Source: Phoronis australis
Taxonomy: Eukaryota > Animalia > Phoronida
DNA length: 64,000 bases
Direction: 5' to 3'
Assembly (NCBI GenBank): GCA_002633005.1
Contig: NMRA01000392.1
Coordinates: forward strand, 190,279 to 254,278
Part shown: positions 24,465 to 36,390 of the stretch, piece by piece
Layout: every line of letters begins with the position of its first letter
Numbering within the stretch: the first letter of the stretch is position 1
The notes under the pieces: generated by a model
Databases searched by the model: none
The model's input: only the letters and a program-made list of their open reading frames with translations
What the model was told of the DNA's origin: nothing
Made by a program: the position numbers and the translations under genes

Positions 24465-26460
24465 CTTTTATTTTTTATTTTATTTTTTTATGTATTTATT
24501 ATCATTTACAAACAATTACAAAAACAAACAAACAAATAAGGACACCATTCATTCACGCATGCACACCTCAAGTTCTTATGCGTCATACTATCCAATTGAG
24601 TGTCAAAATCCACCCCCAAAAATCTAAAAGATTTTTTTGTCCAAGACAAAATTTCTTTTGTAGGAATCACGTCATCACTACCAGTTTTACTTCCAAACCA
24701 TATGGCTTTTGTTTTATCCACATTCACTTGGAGACCGGAGACACTAGCAAACAAATGTAGTACATCCAGTGTGGTAGTCAATGACAAATTCGACCCATCC
24801 AACGTAACTGATGTGTCGTCCGCATATTGCGAAATCAAATATTCCTTATTCCCAGCAACTACACCAGCAATATTTTTATTATTCTTGATTAAATACGCCA
24901 AAATCTCCGCGCACAATATAAAAATGTAGGGAGACAATGGGTCACCTTGTCTGCAGCCACGTGAAATATTGAACCAAGAAGATGGGTGACCATTTACGAC
25001 AACACAGGACTTAATATTACTGTAAAAGACTTTCACCCACCTTCTGATCGACCAACCAAAATTAAGGAACGATAAAGTTTTTTGAATAAAATTCCACGAC
25101 AATGAATCAAATGCTTTCTCAAAATCAATCAGTAAAAGCAATCCAGGTTTGTTAGCTGCCTGGGCATAAAACATTAAATCATATAGCACTCGGATATTTT
25201 CGTTCATATTTCTTCCAGAAACGAAACCTGTCTGGTCCTTACTGATTACTTTTCCCAAAACGGATTTTAACCGTTCAGCTACTGCCGAAGAAGCCAATTT
25301 ATATGTCACATTGAGCAGGGATATGGGTCTCCAGTTTTTCAAATAATGTTTACTTTTATCTGCTCCCTTAGGGATGCAGGTGATCACTCCCTCTTTCTGT
25401 GTTGAGGATAACTGGCCAACAGCAAAACCTGTATTAAGTGAGCGAACAACGAAATGTCCAATGTCAGCCCCAAAAAAATTAAAAAATTCCACTGAAAAAT
25501 CATCAGAGCCTGGGCTTTTGTTGTTTTTCATTTTTTTCAAGCATTGTGTGACTTCTTCATATGTAAGAAGACCTTCTAATTTTTCTTTTTCTGTCTCATT
25601 CAGCCTGGAGACACAAACATTATCAAGAAGAGTTTTTAAAGAAGTATTGTTAGTCTGACTATATTTGTATAGATTTTCATAAAAAGTTTTGGTTTCCTGA
25701 ATAACCTCTTCTTCACTATTGGTTTTAGTATTGTCATATTTCCACAAAAAAGGCATAAACTTACTTGTGTAATGCCTATTTTCCAAGTGAAGAAAATATT
25801 TGGAAGGCTTTTCACCTTCTTCAATCCATCTTGCTCTCGACCTAGTCATAAGACCTCTTAACTTATTTTGCCTTAGCTCGGCAAGTAAATTATTTATGTT
25901 TTGTTCCAGTAGTTCCCTGTCAAGGCTTAGACTTCTTTCCAACAAGCTTATTTCTTTGATAAGTTGCTGTTCAACTCTATCACTTTTTTTTTAAGTAAGT
26001 AGCAAAGGAAATTGTTTTGCCGCGAATCTCCATCAACAACGTTTCAAGAAAAAGTTGATCATTTATAGACAATTGTAAATCTGAATTACTTGTACTATCA
26101 ACAGTCTGAATGTCGTCAGTCATATACTGTTGTTTAACTAATTTAATGGTATTCTTGACTGCAGCAATATACTCAAGAGTTCTTTAGGAGAGAATTATTA
26201 AACTTCCAAAATGATTTTCTCCTCCTGGAAACATCACTTTAAAAAAAAAAATGTTACCATTGAATGATCGGAACGGTAACCGAATTCTATTATGGAGTCG
26301 TCAATATCAGCTAAAAGCTTTTCAGAAATTAGAAAAAAATCTAGTCTGGATCGTTTACTTCCAGCTCTCCAAGTATATTCTTTACTACTGGGGTTTTAAC
26401 TATTGCGAATGGTTAGCCGCCAACATTTTAAGCAACTCCTTGTTTTTTTGGTTCAAGTGA
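24465..26460 (-). mobile_element. L1/Tx1-clade non-LTR retrotransposon, 5'-truncated (endonuclease remnant + RT + A-rich tail)
   Basis: Endonuclease-end motifs RLDFFLIS and WKFNNSL (frameshifted), RT ORF, AATAAA and A-rich tail near 24465-24505. Confidence 0.9.
24506..25945 (-). CDS. LINE-1/Tx1 ORF2 reverse transcriptase (partial, 479 aa)
   Basis: KSPGSD, NWRPISLLN, DFEKAFD, RGCRQGDPLSP and QYADD RT motifs. Confidence 0.92.
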   Translation of the reverse strand: MLERSLSLDRELLEQNINNLLAELRQNKLRGLMTRSRARWIEEGEKPSKYFLHLENRHYTSKFMPFLWKYDNTKTNSEEEVIQETKTFYENLYKYSQTNNTSLKTLLDNVCVSRLNETEKEKLEGLLTYEEVTQCLKKMKNNKSPGSDDFSVEFFNFFGADIGHFVVRSLNTGFAVGQLSSTQKEGVITCIPKGADKSKHYLKNWRPISLLNVTYKLASSAVAERLKSVLGKVISKDQTGFVSGRNMNENIRVLYDLMFYAQAANKPGLLLLIDFEKAFDSLSWNFIQKTLSFLNFGWSIRRWVKVFYSNIKSCVVVNGHPSSWFNISRGCRQGDPLSPYIFILCAEILAYLIKNNKNIAGVVAGNKEYLISQYADDTSVTLDGSNLSLTTTLDVLHLFASVSGLQVNVDKTKAIWFGSKTGSDDVIPTKEILSWTKKSFRFLGVDFDTQLDSMTHKNLRCACVNEWCPYLFVCFCNCL

Positions 26461-26689
26461 GCCGTCTCACACCTGAAGAAGTGATTGCCAATTAACTTAT
26501 CTGGCAAGTATTTATTTCAAGATTTAACTACAGCAACCAATACCATTATGCAAAGTAACTCCACCATCATAAATAAGTCACCCTTTCTATTATTTTACAT
26601 CATGGTGCCTCACACAGTTACTCCTCTATCTGCTTTCCTTTGTCATTTCCCTACTCATTACCAACTAATCTACATTTGAAAAGGGAATT

Positions 26690-27468
26690 TTGAACAGTTG
26701 TTGAAAAGAGAGTGAAAGCCATGGAAGACAAGACGATACTACCATTCAGGAAAGTTATTAGAGAAGAGCTACAAGAAATGAAAAAGGAATTGGAGTCAAT
26801 GAAAGAAGAACATTGTGTCCTGAAGTCCAAGATAAATGATCTAGAGCAATATTCCTGAAGGAATTCAATTCATATTTATGTAGTGGAAGAGAGTACGGAT
26901 GAATACTGTGATCTCATTGCCCATACGTTTTTCCACGTAAAAATGTGTCTATTGACCTTGATAACATAGGTCAAGCCCACACAGTTGGAAAATCCACATA
27001 ATTATGGAAGTGCAAGACCAACGAGAACCAACAGCAGTAGTAGTCCCACTAACTGTCAACAAAAACCACGACCTATTCTAGTGAAGTTCACCAGTTGTTG
27101 TTATCGTCAAGCTGTATTTTCACAGAAGAAAAATCTAAAAACCACCGACTGTTTTTCATATCAGAGGACCTCATTGTGGCAAATTGTCATCTCATGAGTT
27201 CAACCTTCAAAACACCTAAATGTAAAGAGTGCTTGATCAAAAGATGAAAGAATTCTAATCCTGCTGAAAGACAATACTGTGCAACTGATAACAAACAATG
27301 ATGACGTGTAGTTCTTTTTCAAAGCCTTATATCATGTAACAATATAGTGTAACTAGATACAACACTGGAAGTGTGTAGTTTGAGTTTTATTTCCACATGA
27401 AATAACTTAAGTAAGTGGTGAAGAAGGTGTCGAAATAAGTGTATTGTATCAATGTGACCCCTTTCTCC

Positions 27469-27538
<70 letters not shown>

Positions 27539-27890
27539 TAGTGGATGAGTTGAACACACACATCATGCACTTAAAATTTATTCCAGACACTGTTTAGGAT
27601 CTATATATCACACATGCGTCCATACCTATCTGGATTATTGCGATGGTTAATATTTTAATAAAAAAGTTATATATCTCTAAATGTCCAAGGTATAAATTCA
27701 GTAGGATAATGTTAAAAAGATATGACATCATACGTTTACAAGAAACACACAGCACCCAGGAGTCTATTGTTTAGATGGCAATGTGAATGGGGTGGCACCA
27801 TTATTACAAGCCATGGGACAAACCATAGGAAAGGGGCAACTATTTTACTACACCCTTTTTTGATTTTGAAATGATTTCGTCCGTAATATA
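26690..27890 (+). mobile_element. Degenerate L1/Tx1 5' fragment (ORF1 and start of the APE endonuclease)
   Basis: LEQYS.RNSI and PRPILVKF ORF1 motifs; SLNVQG, LQETH and EWGG..I.SHG endonuclease motifs, with stops and frameshifts. Confidence 0.7.
27470..27538. repeat. (TG)n(CG)n microsatellite
   Basis: Seen directly. Confidence 0.98.
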
Positions 27891-28259
27891 TTTATAAAAT
27901 TTCCAGGACGCATGGGAAATTTCCCATGTGGTCTCTCACTAGGACACAAGAAGCCAACACTGTGTCAGCTGGTAGTGGTTCACTGTAGCTCAACAGGCTT
28001 TGACAACAGATCAGTTGATTGTCTAAGCACCTCTGATCATGTTTGTGTTATTTTAACGACATGTCTCATATATTTATTGAAAATGTTCTCACTTAAACTG
28101 TCCCACTTATCAGACATGTCCACCAGTTACGCACAAACAGCTAAGTCAATCTTAGGTAGACTTCCGGTCATGGCGGACTAGTGTGCAGTTGACTGAACAG
28201 TGCTCTCCATATTTTTTCAATATTTAAGGTGTCTTCTGTAATTTAAACGTGCCTCCTGT

Positions 28260-30746
28260 CAATATGAGAGTTAAGTCAGCACCAAATTCACAGAAAAAGA
28301 GACAAGCTAGTAAAACAGCGAGGAGTTGAGAAAGAGCACGAAGCAGGCCACTTTGGACAAAACTGTTGCAGGCAATTGGCTGGCAAATCAAGGTGACACG
28401 AAGTAAGTCTAACAGACGAGTTGGAAGCAGCACTTATGAATACAGAAGTTATTGTGACATTTAAGAACATGCTACAAGGTTGGCTAGATGAAAAGTTAAA
28501 TAAACTTTTGCAGGTTTAGAAATTCAGTTTGCGAAAAAGTTGAAACAAGAAGACCTGGAAATAACTGCGATAAGGCAAGAACTGTCCGATTTGAGGAAAA
28601 AGTATGATTCTGATATTGTCGCTTACAAGAAGAATGTGATAAGCAGCAACAGAATAGCAGGAGAAATGTTCTACTTATTGCTGGTAAAAAGGAGACAGAG
28701 GGGGAATCAACTGATAAAATTGTGTTAGAATTGGCTAAGAAAATGGGCACCAATACAAATGAAGCCGATATCAGTAGAAGCTACAGAATAGGACGCGCTT
28801 CAGTCAAGCACAACAGTCAGTCAACTCAGCCATAATGCTGTCCTATTGTGGTTTCATTTACTACATACAATGCTCATTCAAATTTCTTTCGTCACCGTAA
28901 GTCCTTCAGAGATGTTGATGCGGGCGTTTATGTCAACGAGTCTTACCAAGCGAAGGGCAAAACTATTCAAAGCGGTAAGGGATCTTGGTGCCAGGGGAAG
29001 AGTGAAAGGTTAGTGGACCCACGATAGGAAGATATATTTGAAAGACTGGTAGGATAAGGTACATCCAGTTAAAGATATGGAGTTTATCCAAGACATTCAT
29101 TAGTGGAGATACTGTGTGGCACACTGGAACTGTTTTTTTGTAATTCATTTGAGTTGGTTGGAAATATCCTTGTGCCATTATGAACTGGAAGGAGACCACA
29201 GTTCACTGGTCAGTTTATTTGTCCTTGTTGTCCTCTGTTTTGTTTATTCATTATTTTTTGATTTATGCTTTAATTGTGAGTGTGTGTGTGTGTGTGAATG
29301 TATACCCGGTCTCACCTGCCCACCACTTTATGTGATCTCAAAATTTCTAAAAGTAATTTCTATTTCCTTCTATGATTGGAATTAATATCTTTTCAGTTAA
29401 TTGACAGGGTTTAGGAACCCCAGAAAAAAGAAGAGGTGTCTTTATTTACATAAAAAGTAAAGCATTTAATAGATATTTTCTACAAGACACTCACTTTGCT
29501 TGTGATTTGGAGTCACACATTGAATGTCAGTAGGGTTACACATGTTATTTCAGCTCTTACAAGAGCAATAATTCAAGAGGAGTAGATATTCTATTTAACA
29601 ATAACTTTGAGTTTACTGTTGAAAAGGTGAGAAAGGATCCTACGGGAAATTGTTATTACAGAATGAATTATGGAGGGACAGAGAGGATCATTCTTGTAAA
29701 TTTGTATGGTCCAAGAACTGATAACCCGAACTTTTATAGTTATATCATTTTCAATAATTGAAGAAATTGATGTTGATCAGTTTATTTTATATGGAGATTT
29801 TCATTTAGTTCTTAGTCAAGAACTGGATACTTGCAACTATAGATCTTGTAATAATCCAAACGCTACAATATTTCTAAAGGGAATAATTAATACGTTTGAT
29901 GTCTGTGATCCTTTTCGAGATTTTTTTCCTTCAAAGAGAAGATTCACTTGGCAAAGAAAAAATCCAATTACGCAGGCTAGGCTTGACTTTTTTCTGATTT
30001 CCAAAACTTTGATGCATTGTGTTCAAAGAATTTCTATAGATCAGATCATTCTGGGGTCTTGTTAAGCCTAAAATTTAGAGAAATTAGGGAAATTTAACAA
30101 TTCACCTTTAAATGACAAGGAATATGTAGACATCGTTCAAGATACAATAACTGATGTTAAAAAGCAATATGCCGTTCCGGTACACCATTTAGACACATAT
30201 CAAAACATTTCGAACAGTGTGATCCAGTTTGTTATTTTTGGATGTGCTATTAATGGAAATAAGAAAAAATACTATTTTTTACACGATTCAAAAAAAGAAA
30301 AATTAGGTAGTCAAGAGAATAAGTTACCGAAAGAAATAGAGAATTTAGAACAATGTGTTGATGATAGAACTTTTAAAGATTTAGAAAGGAAATAGTGCTC
30401 TTCTGGAGATAAGGTCAGAGAAATTAAAAGGGTATTACGTTAGATCTAGGGCAAAATGGATAGAGGAGGGTGAACGACTAACAAAATATTTTTGTAGTTT
30501 AGAATCGAGACATTTTTATAACAAACTTATGTATGAAATAGAATTGGAAAATGGAGAAATAATTAAAATCAAGAAAAGATCCTAGACATGGCCGCGAATT
30601 TTTACGAAAAAATTTATTCTGGTAACAGTTCTCCTGAAAAAAGTAATATAGAGAACCTTTTTTTCAAATAAACTTCCCGACAATTTTGCTATGGAGCTTG
30701 AGGGACACATAACACATGAAGAACTTTGGTCTGTATTGAAAAATTC
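28260..30746 (+). mobile_element. Degenerate L1/Tx1 element, 5' part (ORF1 + APE endonuclease)
   Basis: EQQQNSRRN and DISRSYRIG ORF1 motifs; LQDTH, NLYGP, GDF, RLDFFLIS and RSRAKWIEEGE ORF2 motifs; broken at 30747 by an insertion. Confidence 0.8.
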
Positions 30747-32127
30747 AAACAAGAGCAACACGGAGCGTTGACATGCACCCACGAATGCATTGCAAATGGT
30801 GTGCTTTTAGGGTTATTTAGTTGTATTATAAAAATGGCCACTAGATGGCGCAAAAACGTACAATAAATCAAAAAACGAGAACATGCCATATTTCATAAAA
30901 ATCTGTCAAGAAACTCCTGAGAAACAAAGGAAATGGATAGAGAGAGAGAGGTTGTTTATTGCACTTGGAGCTAAGCTCATTTGTACATATTACATTGCAA
31001 CATTTGGTATAGGTGGCAATTTCATGTCCGGGTATTCAATAGATAAATACATATTTACATGTTACAATGTTGGAAAATGGAACAAAATGAAATTGCCACT
31101 TGTGGACACAGCATCTGTTCCATCCGCCTGAAAGTCGTCGTCTGCAATACAAAACATAACTACCACCAGGAGGCACCACAGTAGTCAGTCGCCATCATCA
31201 AACATCCTCTTCACACTGAAAACACACATGCCAATTTTCAAAGCCATTCACAAAATGATTTGGCTGATCGAGGGGTGGACGCCAAAAACAAGATTTGAAA
31301 ACAGCAAAAATGGCCACCAGGTGGCACAAAATACCTCGATTCCATCCAAAAACAGGATGATAGCGTCATCTCACCAATAGATGCCTATATTCAAAATTTT
31401 ATGAAAATCTGTTGAGGACCTTTGAAGATACAGACCGGTATAACGTAAAAAACTAAAATTGTCACTAGGGGGCACACCAGTAGTCAGATCCGTCAGAAAG
31501 TCGTCGTCGTCCATTGTCAACATCATATAAATACACTTGCTAAATTAAGTAAAGATCCTGCAAATGGTTTAATAGATACAGCTATGAGCGCAAAAAAGAA
31601 CTGTCACTAAGAGGCGCCACAGGAGTCACTCATCGGAAAATCGTCGTCAGCCGTCTACTTCATACTAAAAACATACATGCAAATTTTCACAATTATCCTG
31701 AAAACGCTTTGGTTGATAGATGAGTGGACGCCAAAAAACAGACTCGAAAATAGTAAAAATGGCCACTAGGTGGCGCAAACTAGGTTGAATCCATCTGAAA
31801 ATGGATAGATAGCGTCACCTCATTAACAGATGCCTGTATGCCAAATTTTGTGAAAATATGTTGAGGACCTTTGAACATACAGAGGTAAACGTACAAAAAT
31901 AAAATTGGCACATCAGTAGTCATGTTCATCTGAAAGTAGTCGTCCTCCGTTGATAACATCATATAAATACACTTACTAAATTTAGTAAAGATCCTGCTAA
32001 CGGTTTAGGGGATGCAGCCATAGGCGCAAAAGAAAGCAAAACTGACACTAGGAAGCGCCACAGTACTTGAAGTCGTCGGAAAATCATCATCAGATGTCCA
32101 CTTCATAGTAAGAACATACATGCCAAT
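30747..32127 (+). mobile_element. Helentron-type non-autonomous element (HINE/DINE-like) with ~150-bp internal tandem repeats, 3'-truncated
   Basis: Starts aaacaagagcaac...atgcacccac as in the copy at 49834; ~150-bp monomers in a 3-mer higher-order repeat. Confidence 0.7.
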
Positions 32128-33258
32128 AGTCCTTTTGCAAGTTTACAACAACAACGTGAGATTATGTGAGACTTAACTGTGACGTCACGGGAAGTGGGGC
32201 AAAAGCTTGTCGTTTTGTCATTTGCCCAATACGGTAGCAGAATGTATTCTATTCTTTCTTCGAGTTTTTAGCCGTTTAGTTTGAAAAATTCCAAACAAGC
32301 ACTGCTGCTATGGCAAATGAAATTCAGATTCGCACTACAATACGTTCTATTGCATTCTGTTCTAATTTCGTCCCGTGTATTTTAAACGGGTGGTAGGCAA
32401 AATCCACTCACTGATTAAATTTTCACCTCGTCAAAAATACATTCTACACCTAAAATTATCATCTAAGAAGGCGCTTACTTTCTTCAGTGATCGTTTCTAC
32501 TTCTAAACAATACATATCTTCAAAGAAGCATAGCTACGGGAATTCAGGTGACTTTGGTGAAGAATTCCAACTCCACTTTGGGGTTACTGCTAAAACTTTG
32601 ACTGCGCGCGATAACCACAAAGTATTTCAACTGAGTCAGAGTCAGGTGAGTATGAGGCAAAGGCTAGCACGAGACTGAGCGAAACGTGAGACCTGGAGCG
32701 ACACTTGCAAAATAGCATGAGAAAATATCAAGTGAAATTTGTAAGATTTGTGTCCCTTGGACTCTTTGTTCATCAACAGGCATGATTTCACAGAACTTCC
32801 TCAAAATGACACCCGGTGAAAGAAACTCCAGCGAACCGCGAGGTTGTAATGAATATGTTCTTCAAGTTAATTGTAGACTAAATTGTATGTGTTAATTATA
32901 ACTCTATGTGCACATATGCATGTTTCATTTGATTTTATTTGCTGTATTTTAAGATGAGAAACTTTTTATGGGGATATACTGTCGCCCATTTAAAGGCGAA
33001 GGCAACCTTTTTTCATGTCATTTTGAGCTAAAATAAGGTTGGTTGGTTATCCTAGACATATTTTCCACTTAATTACAGCTTTTCGTAATTTTATTAATTA
33101 CTCGTCCGCTACTCCGGAAGTGACGTTTTAGGAGGCAAGCATTTCGCGCAAATTTCTTTTCATATAGTCTGACTGTGAGAGCTGCCGAGTCAGTCATTGT
33201 TCTACCTCGGTTGTGTTAAGTTCCGTAGTCGTTTGCTTTCATTTACTAGTCAGTCAAC

Positions 33259-33954
33259 ATGCCACACTGTTGCTGTGTACCGGGATGTACTAATTATCGG
33301 CTCACGCGCGCTTTGGGAGTACCTTTGCATCGCTTTCCGATGGATGACACACTTCGCCGTACTTGGCTCGTTCGTGTGAAGAACGCAGCGTTACCCGTCC
33401 ACGCAACGTACAAAGCAGTGGAGAATTACCGTGTGTGTGGCAAGCACTTTCTGCCGTCCGATTACAAAAGGGATTTGTACGCTGAACTGATGAAGGTCCC
33501 TGGGAAACAACGCCTGAAGAAGGATGCCATTCCGTCTGTGTTGATTCCCGGCAGTGCCCCGTCGCCACCCCCGAGAAGTGCGTTTTTGAAGCGAGAAGCC
33601 TCGCGAGCTGTGGCCAGTACAGTGACTGGAGCCAGTGGAGGCACTTCATCTACTGTCACCCGTGCCTCCGAACGTACCCCAGAGCGTGCAATTCCTGGAA
33701 CCAGTAGTGATTCGCCCTGTGCTGTTTTCTCAAGCCCAGAGCCTCTAAGCAGCCCTCCTGCAGCGATATTGAGTAGTGGGAGTGATTACAGGCTCAGTTC
33801 GACACCCAGTGAAGAGGACAGTTCGTCGTCCAGTGAACAGATCGGTGAGCCAAACTTTGATAAGTTTATTGTGGACTTGTCTAATGTGTTGGAGCTATTT
33901 GGAAGGTGCCAGGTGTGTGGCGAGGGAGTCACACGACACGATGTAAGCAATTAG
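33259..33954 (+). CDS. THAP-domain N-terminus of the Kolobok transposase (truncated; homology continues past TAG to ~34060)
   Basis: CCVPGC..FP..W..VCGKHF..AIPS THAP signature; CQVCG and WECVGGH..W.S motifs; the TAG is TTG in the copy near 39793. Confidence 0.85.
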   Translation: MPHCCCVPGCTNYRLTRALGVPLHRFPMDDTLRRTWLVRVKNAALPVHATYKAVENYRVCGKHFLPSDYKRDLYAELMKVPGKQRLKKDAIPSVLIPGSAPSPPPRSAFLKREASRAVASTVTGASGGTSSTVTRASERTPERAIPGTSSDSPCAVFSSPEPLSSPPAAILSSGSDYRLSSTPSEEDSSSSSEQIGEPNFDKFIVDLSNVLELFGRCQVCGEGVTRHDVSN

Positions 33955-34055
33955 GGTGCTCAGGTCACCATCCAGTGGGAGTGTGTCGGGGGACACTCTG
34001 ACAAGTGGGACAGTTGTTCTTCTGTCCGTGGTATGCCAGAGGTCCACTTAATCAT

Positions 34056-34357
34056 GTCCAGTAGTGGCTTGGCCTCGTCGAACTCTGAACAGCACAAGCA
34101 TTCCGTTGAGGTTGGCATAACAACGCACACAGTGCATTTGCACCAAGATGTGTTACCACGTCTGTCCTCAGTAGCCGCCTCGTTTCTCTCAACAGCTGCT
34201 GGTGCCTGTGCGTACTCTGCCTCAATATACTCGGGCTCATGAACATGTACACACCCACCGAATGTCCGTGAAAGAATTCCTCGTCACCACTGCTGTGAAC
34301 AAAGTCTCCGTCACTCACACTACTGTCACTGTGATACGGGTCACCGACTCCTGCCAT
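34056..34357 (-). pseudogene. KolX-like / P2X7-ballast-like Cys-rich protein N-terminus (frameshifted, truncated)
   Basis: After removing a 2-nt insertion near 34239: YMFEPEY...RRGNTSWCKCTVCVVMPTSTECLCCSE. Confidence 0.7.
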
Positions 34358-34984
34358 TTTCAGCTTACAACACACTAAACAATCCCTAAATCCAACGTAG
34401 TTGAGTTCTTTACTAACCTATCTTGCCACAGAATACTCGCCGATGGAAAGTGATGGCGACAATTGTTGAAAAATAGCACAAAACAAAAGTAAAATAGAAC
34501 ATAGTCAACTAGTCAAATAGAACATAAAGTCAACGCAAAACCAAGTGGCGGGAAACGCTTGCCTCCTAAAACGTCACTTCCGGAGTAGCGAACGAGTAAT
34601 TAATAAAATTACGAAAAGTTGTAATTAAGTGGAAAATATGTCTAGGATAACCAACCAACCTGATTTTAGCTCAGACAAAATGACATGGAAAAAGGTTGCC
34701 TTCGTCTTTAAAGCTGTATGCCTGCGGCATTCAGGCCTAGAACAGGTTGAGTTCCAATTTCAGTCCGTCCACAGCTTCGCACAACATAACAAGTTCACAT
34801 TTTCTTTGTCCATTCACTGTTATTCCATGATCCATCTATCATCTCTTAATTTGTGTTAACAATTTAAGTGTAAAATTCACCATAAGAACTCAAGTAAGAT
34901 TTAGCGTGTGTAGAAGACTCAGGGCAAAACAAGAGCAATATGGAGGGTTTTGTCCCCTTTCTGGTGACGTCACATTGACTAATG

Positions 34985-36390
34985 AGTTACGGTGGTAAAG
35001 ACCTTGATGGTGCCAAAAATTATTCACATAATGACAATCCTGCCTACACCATCAGACATTATTATGAATGAATTGAACGCAAGCATTTTTAAGTTTATTT
35101 GGAATAACAAAGTTTGGAGAGTGAAGAGAGATGCATTAAAATTATGAGGAAGGGGGAGTTAACATGTTGAATATAACTCTTTTTAACAAGGCTATACAAA
35201 TTTCATGGATAAAGAGACTACTTACATCGGAATCAAAATGGGTGAAATTGTTTGAACTTGAAACAGGGATTGCAAATTCAAATATTATACATTTTGGAAA
35301 TGATTTTATTAAATACCACTCTGAAGTAATCAATCCTTTTTGGAACGAAGTTCTAAGTAACTGGTCTTTTTTCATAGTTAAGTAAACAGCCCCATAAAGA
35401 TGCGAATGATTTACTCTCAAGTTTATGGCACAATGATGAAATACTAATAGACAGAAAATCTATCTTCTTTAACAAGTATGCTAGTGGTGATGTTCTTTTT
35501 ATTAATGACCTACTTGATGAAAATAACAGGTTTTACTCATTTACTGAATTTAAAAAGATCTCAAATACATCTACACATTTTTTGGAACATTGTTCTCTGA
35601 TTCAGTCTAGGTCGTTTCTGAGAAGAACGCCAATACAAATGTAGTTAATTAAAATATATGGACCAATAATACCTTTTAATATCCGTAATTTTTTAAACTG
35701 CGAGTCAATAAGTAAAATGGTTTTTGGAATTGTTTGCCAGAACAAAATTTTGCCTATTGCCCAAAAATGATTTCAAGAAGAAGGTTAAAAGTTTCGAAGT
35801 GATGACTGGAAAAAATTACATTCATTGTTTTTTAAAACTACTTATGATTTCAAGCTATGTACGCCGCAGTTTAAACTTAGAAATACTTGTAACGAACTCC
35901 TTTCTTAAAAAAATTGACCTGGTGGACTCTGATGTATGTACTTTCTGCCAGTCACAAAGTGAAACAGTGGATTACATCCTTTTCGAATGCAAAAACATAA
36001 AAATATTGATAGGAGAATTACGTAGTTGGGTGTTGTTGGTAAAAGGTATAAATATGGTGACTGACAAAAAACAATGATTTTTGGCATGCCCATAAGTAAT
36101 GAAAATAAGGTTTTAAATTGGATACTTTTGCAATTAAAACATTTTATTTACGTATCTAGGTGCAAAAAATAATCCCCAGTTTTTGTCATTTCCTTAAGAA
36201 ATTAGAAAGAGAATTTTAAATTCAAAGAAGAATGTTATTAAATAACGGTAATTTAGATGAATACCATGCCCATAACTTTTGCCTGACAACATCCTACAAA
36301 AAGTGGATGGGTATGTTGAGGGGGGAGGGTGCGTGTGTGTATGTTAAGAGAATGGCTTGGTTTTTTTCCTTACATGTCTTAGTATTTCTG
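34985..36390 (+). mobile_element. Degenerate L1/Tx1 element, 3' part (post-RT region and C-terminal Cys motif)
   Basis: VKTLMVPKIIH, FKFIWNNK, GG.NMLN, ISWIKRL and CTFCQSQSETVDYILFEC motifs. Confidence 0.8.

Larger units (their letters stand above)
32994..34707 (+). mobile_element. Kolobok-superfamily DNA transposon, internally deleted
   Basis: ~155-bp TIRs starting AGGCGAAGGCAACC; TTAA at 32990-32993 and 34708-34711; THAP ORF plus a convergent Cys-rich ORF. Confidence 0.85.
32128..34984. mobile_element. Unclassified element, host of the Kolobok insertion; related pieces at 56300-56510, 59445-59780 and 60780-61045
   Basis: Subterminal inverted GTGACGTCAC(..)GGGxCAAAA motifs at 32179 and 34964; sequence shared with 59445-59745 and 60780-61045, which runs uninterrupted across the TTAA site. 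Confidence 0.55.

Noticed and set aside
33259-33954. Domesticated host THAP transcription-factor gene
   Set aside because: It sits between TIRs with TTAA flanks, the stop is a TTG>TAG change relative to the second copy, and a decayed copy exists nearby.
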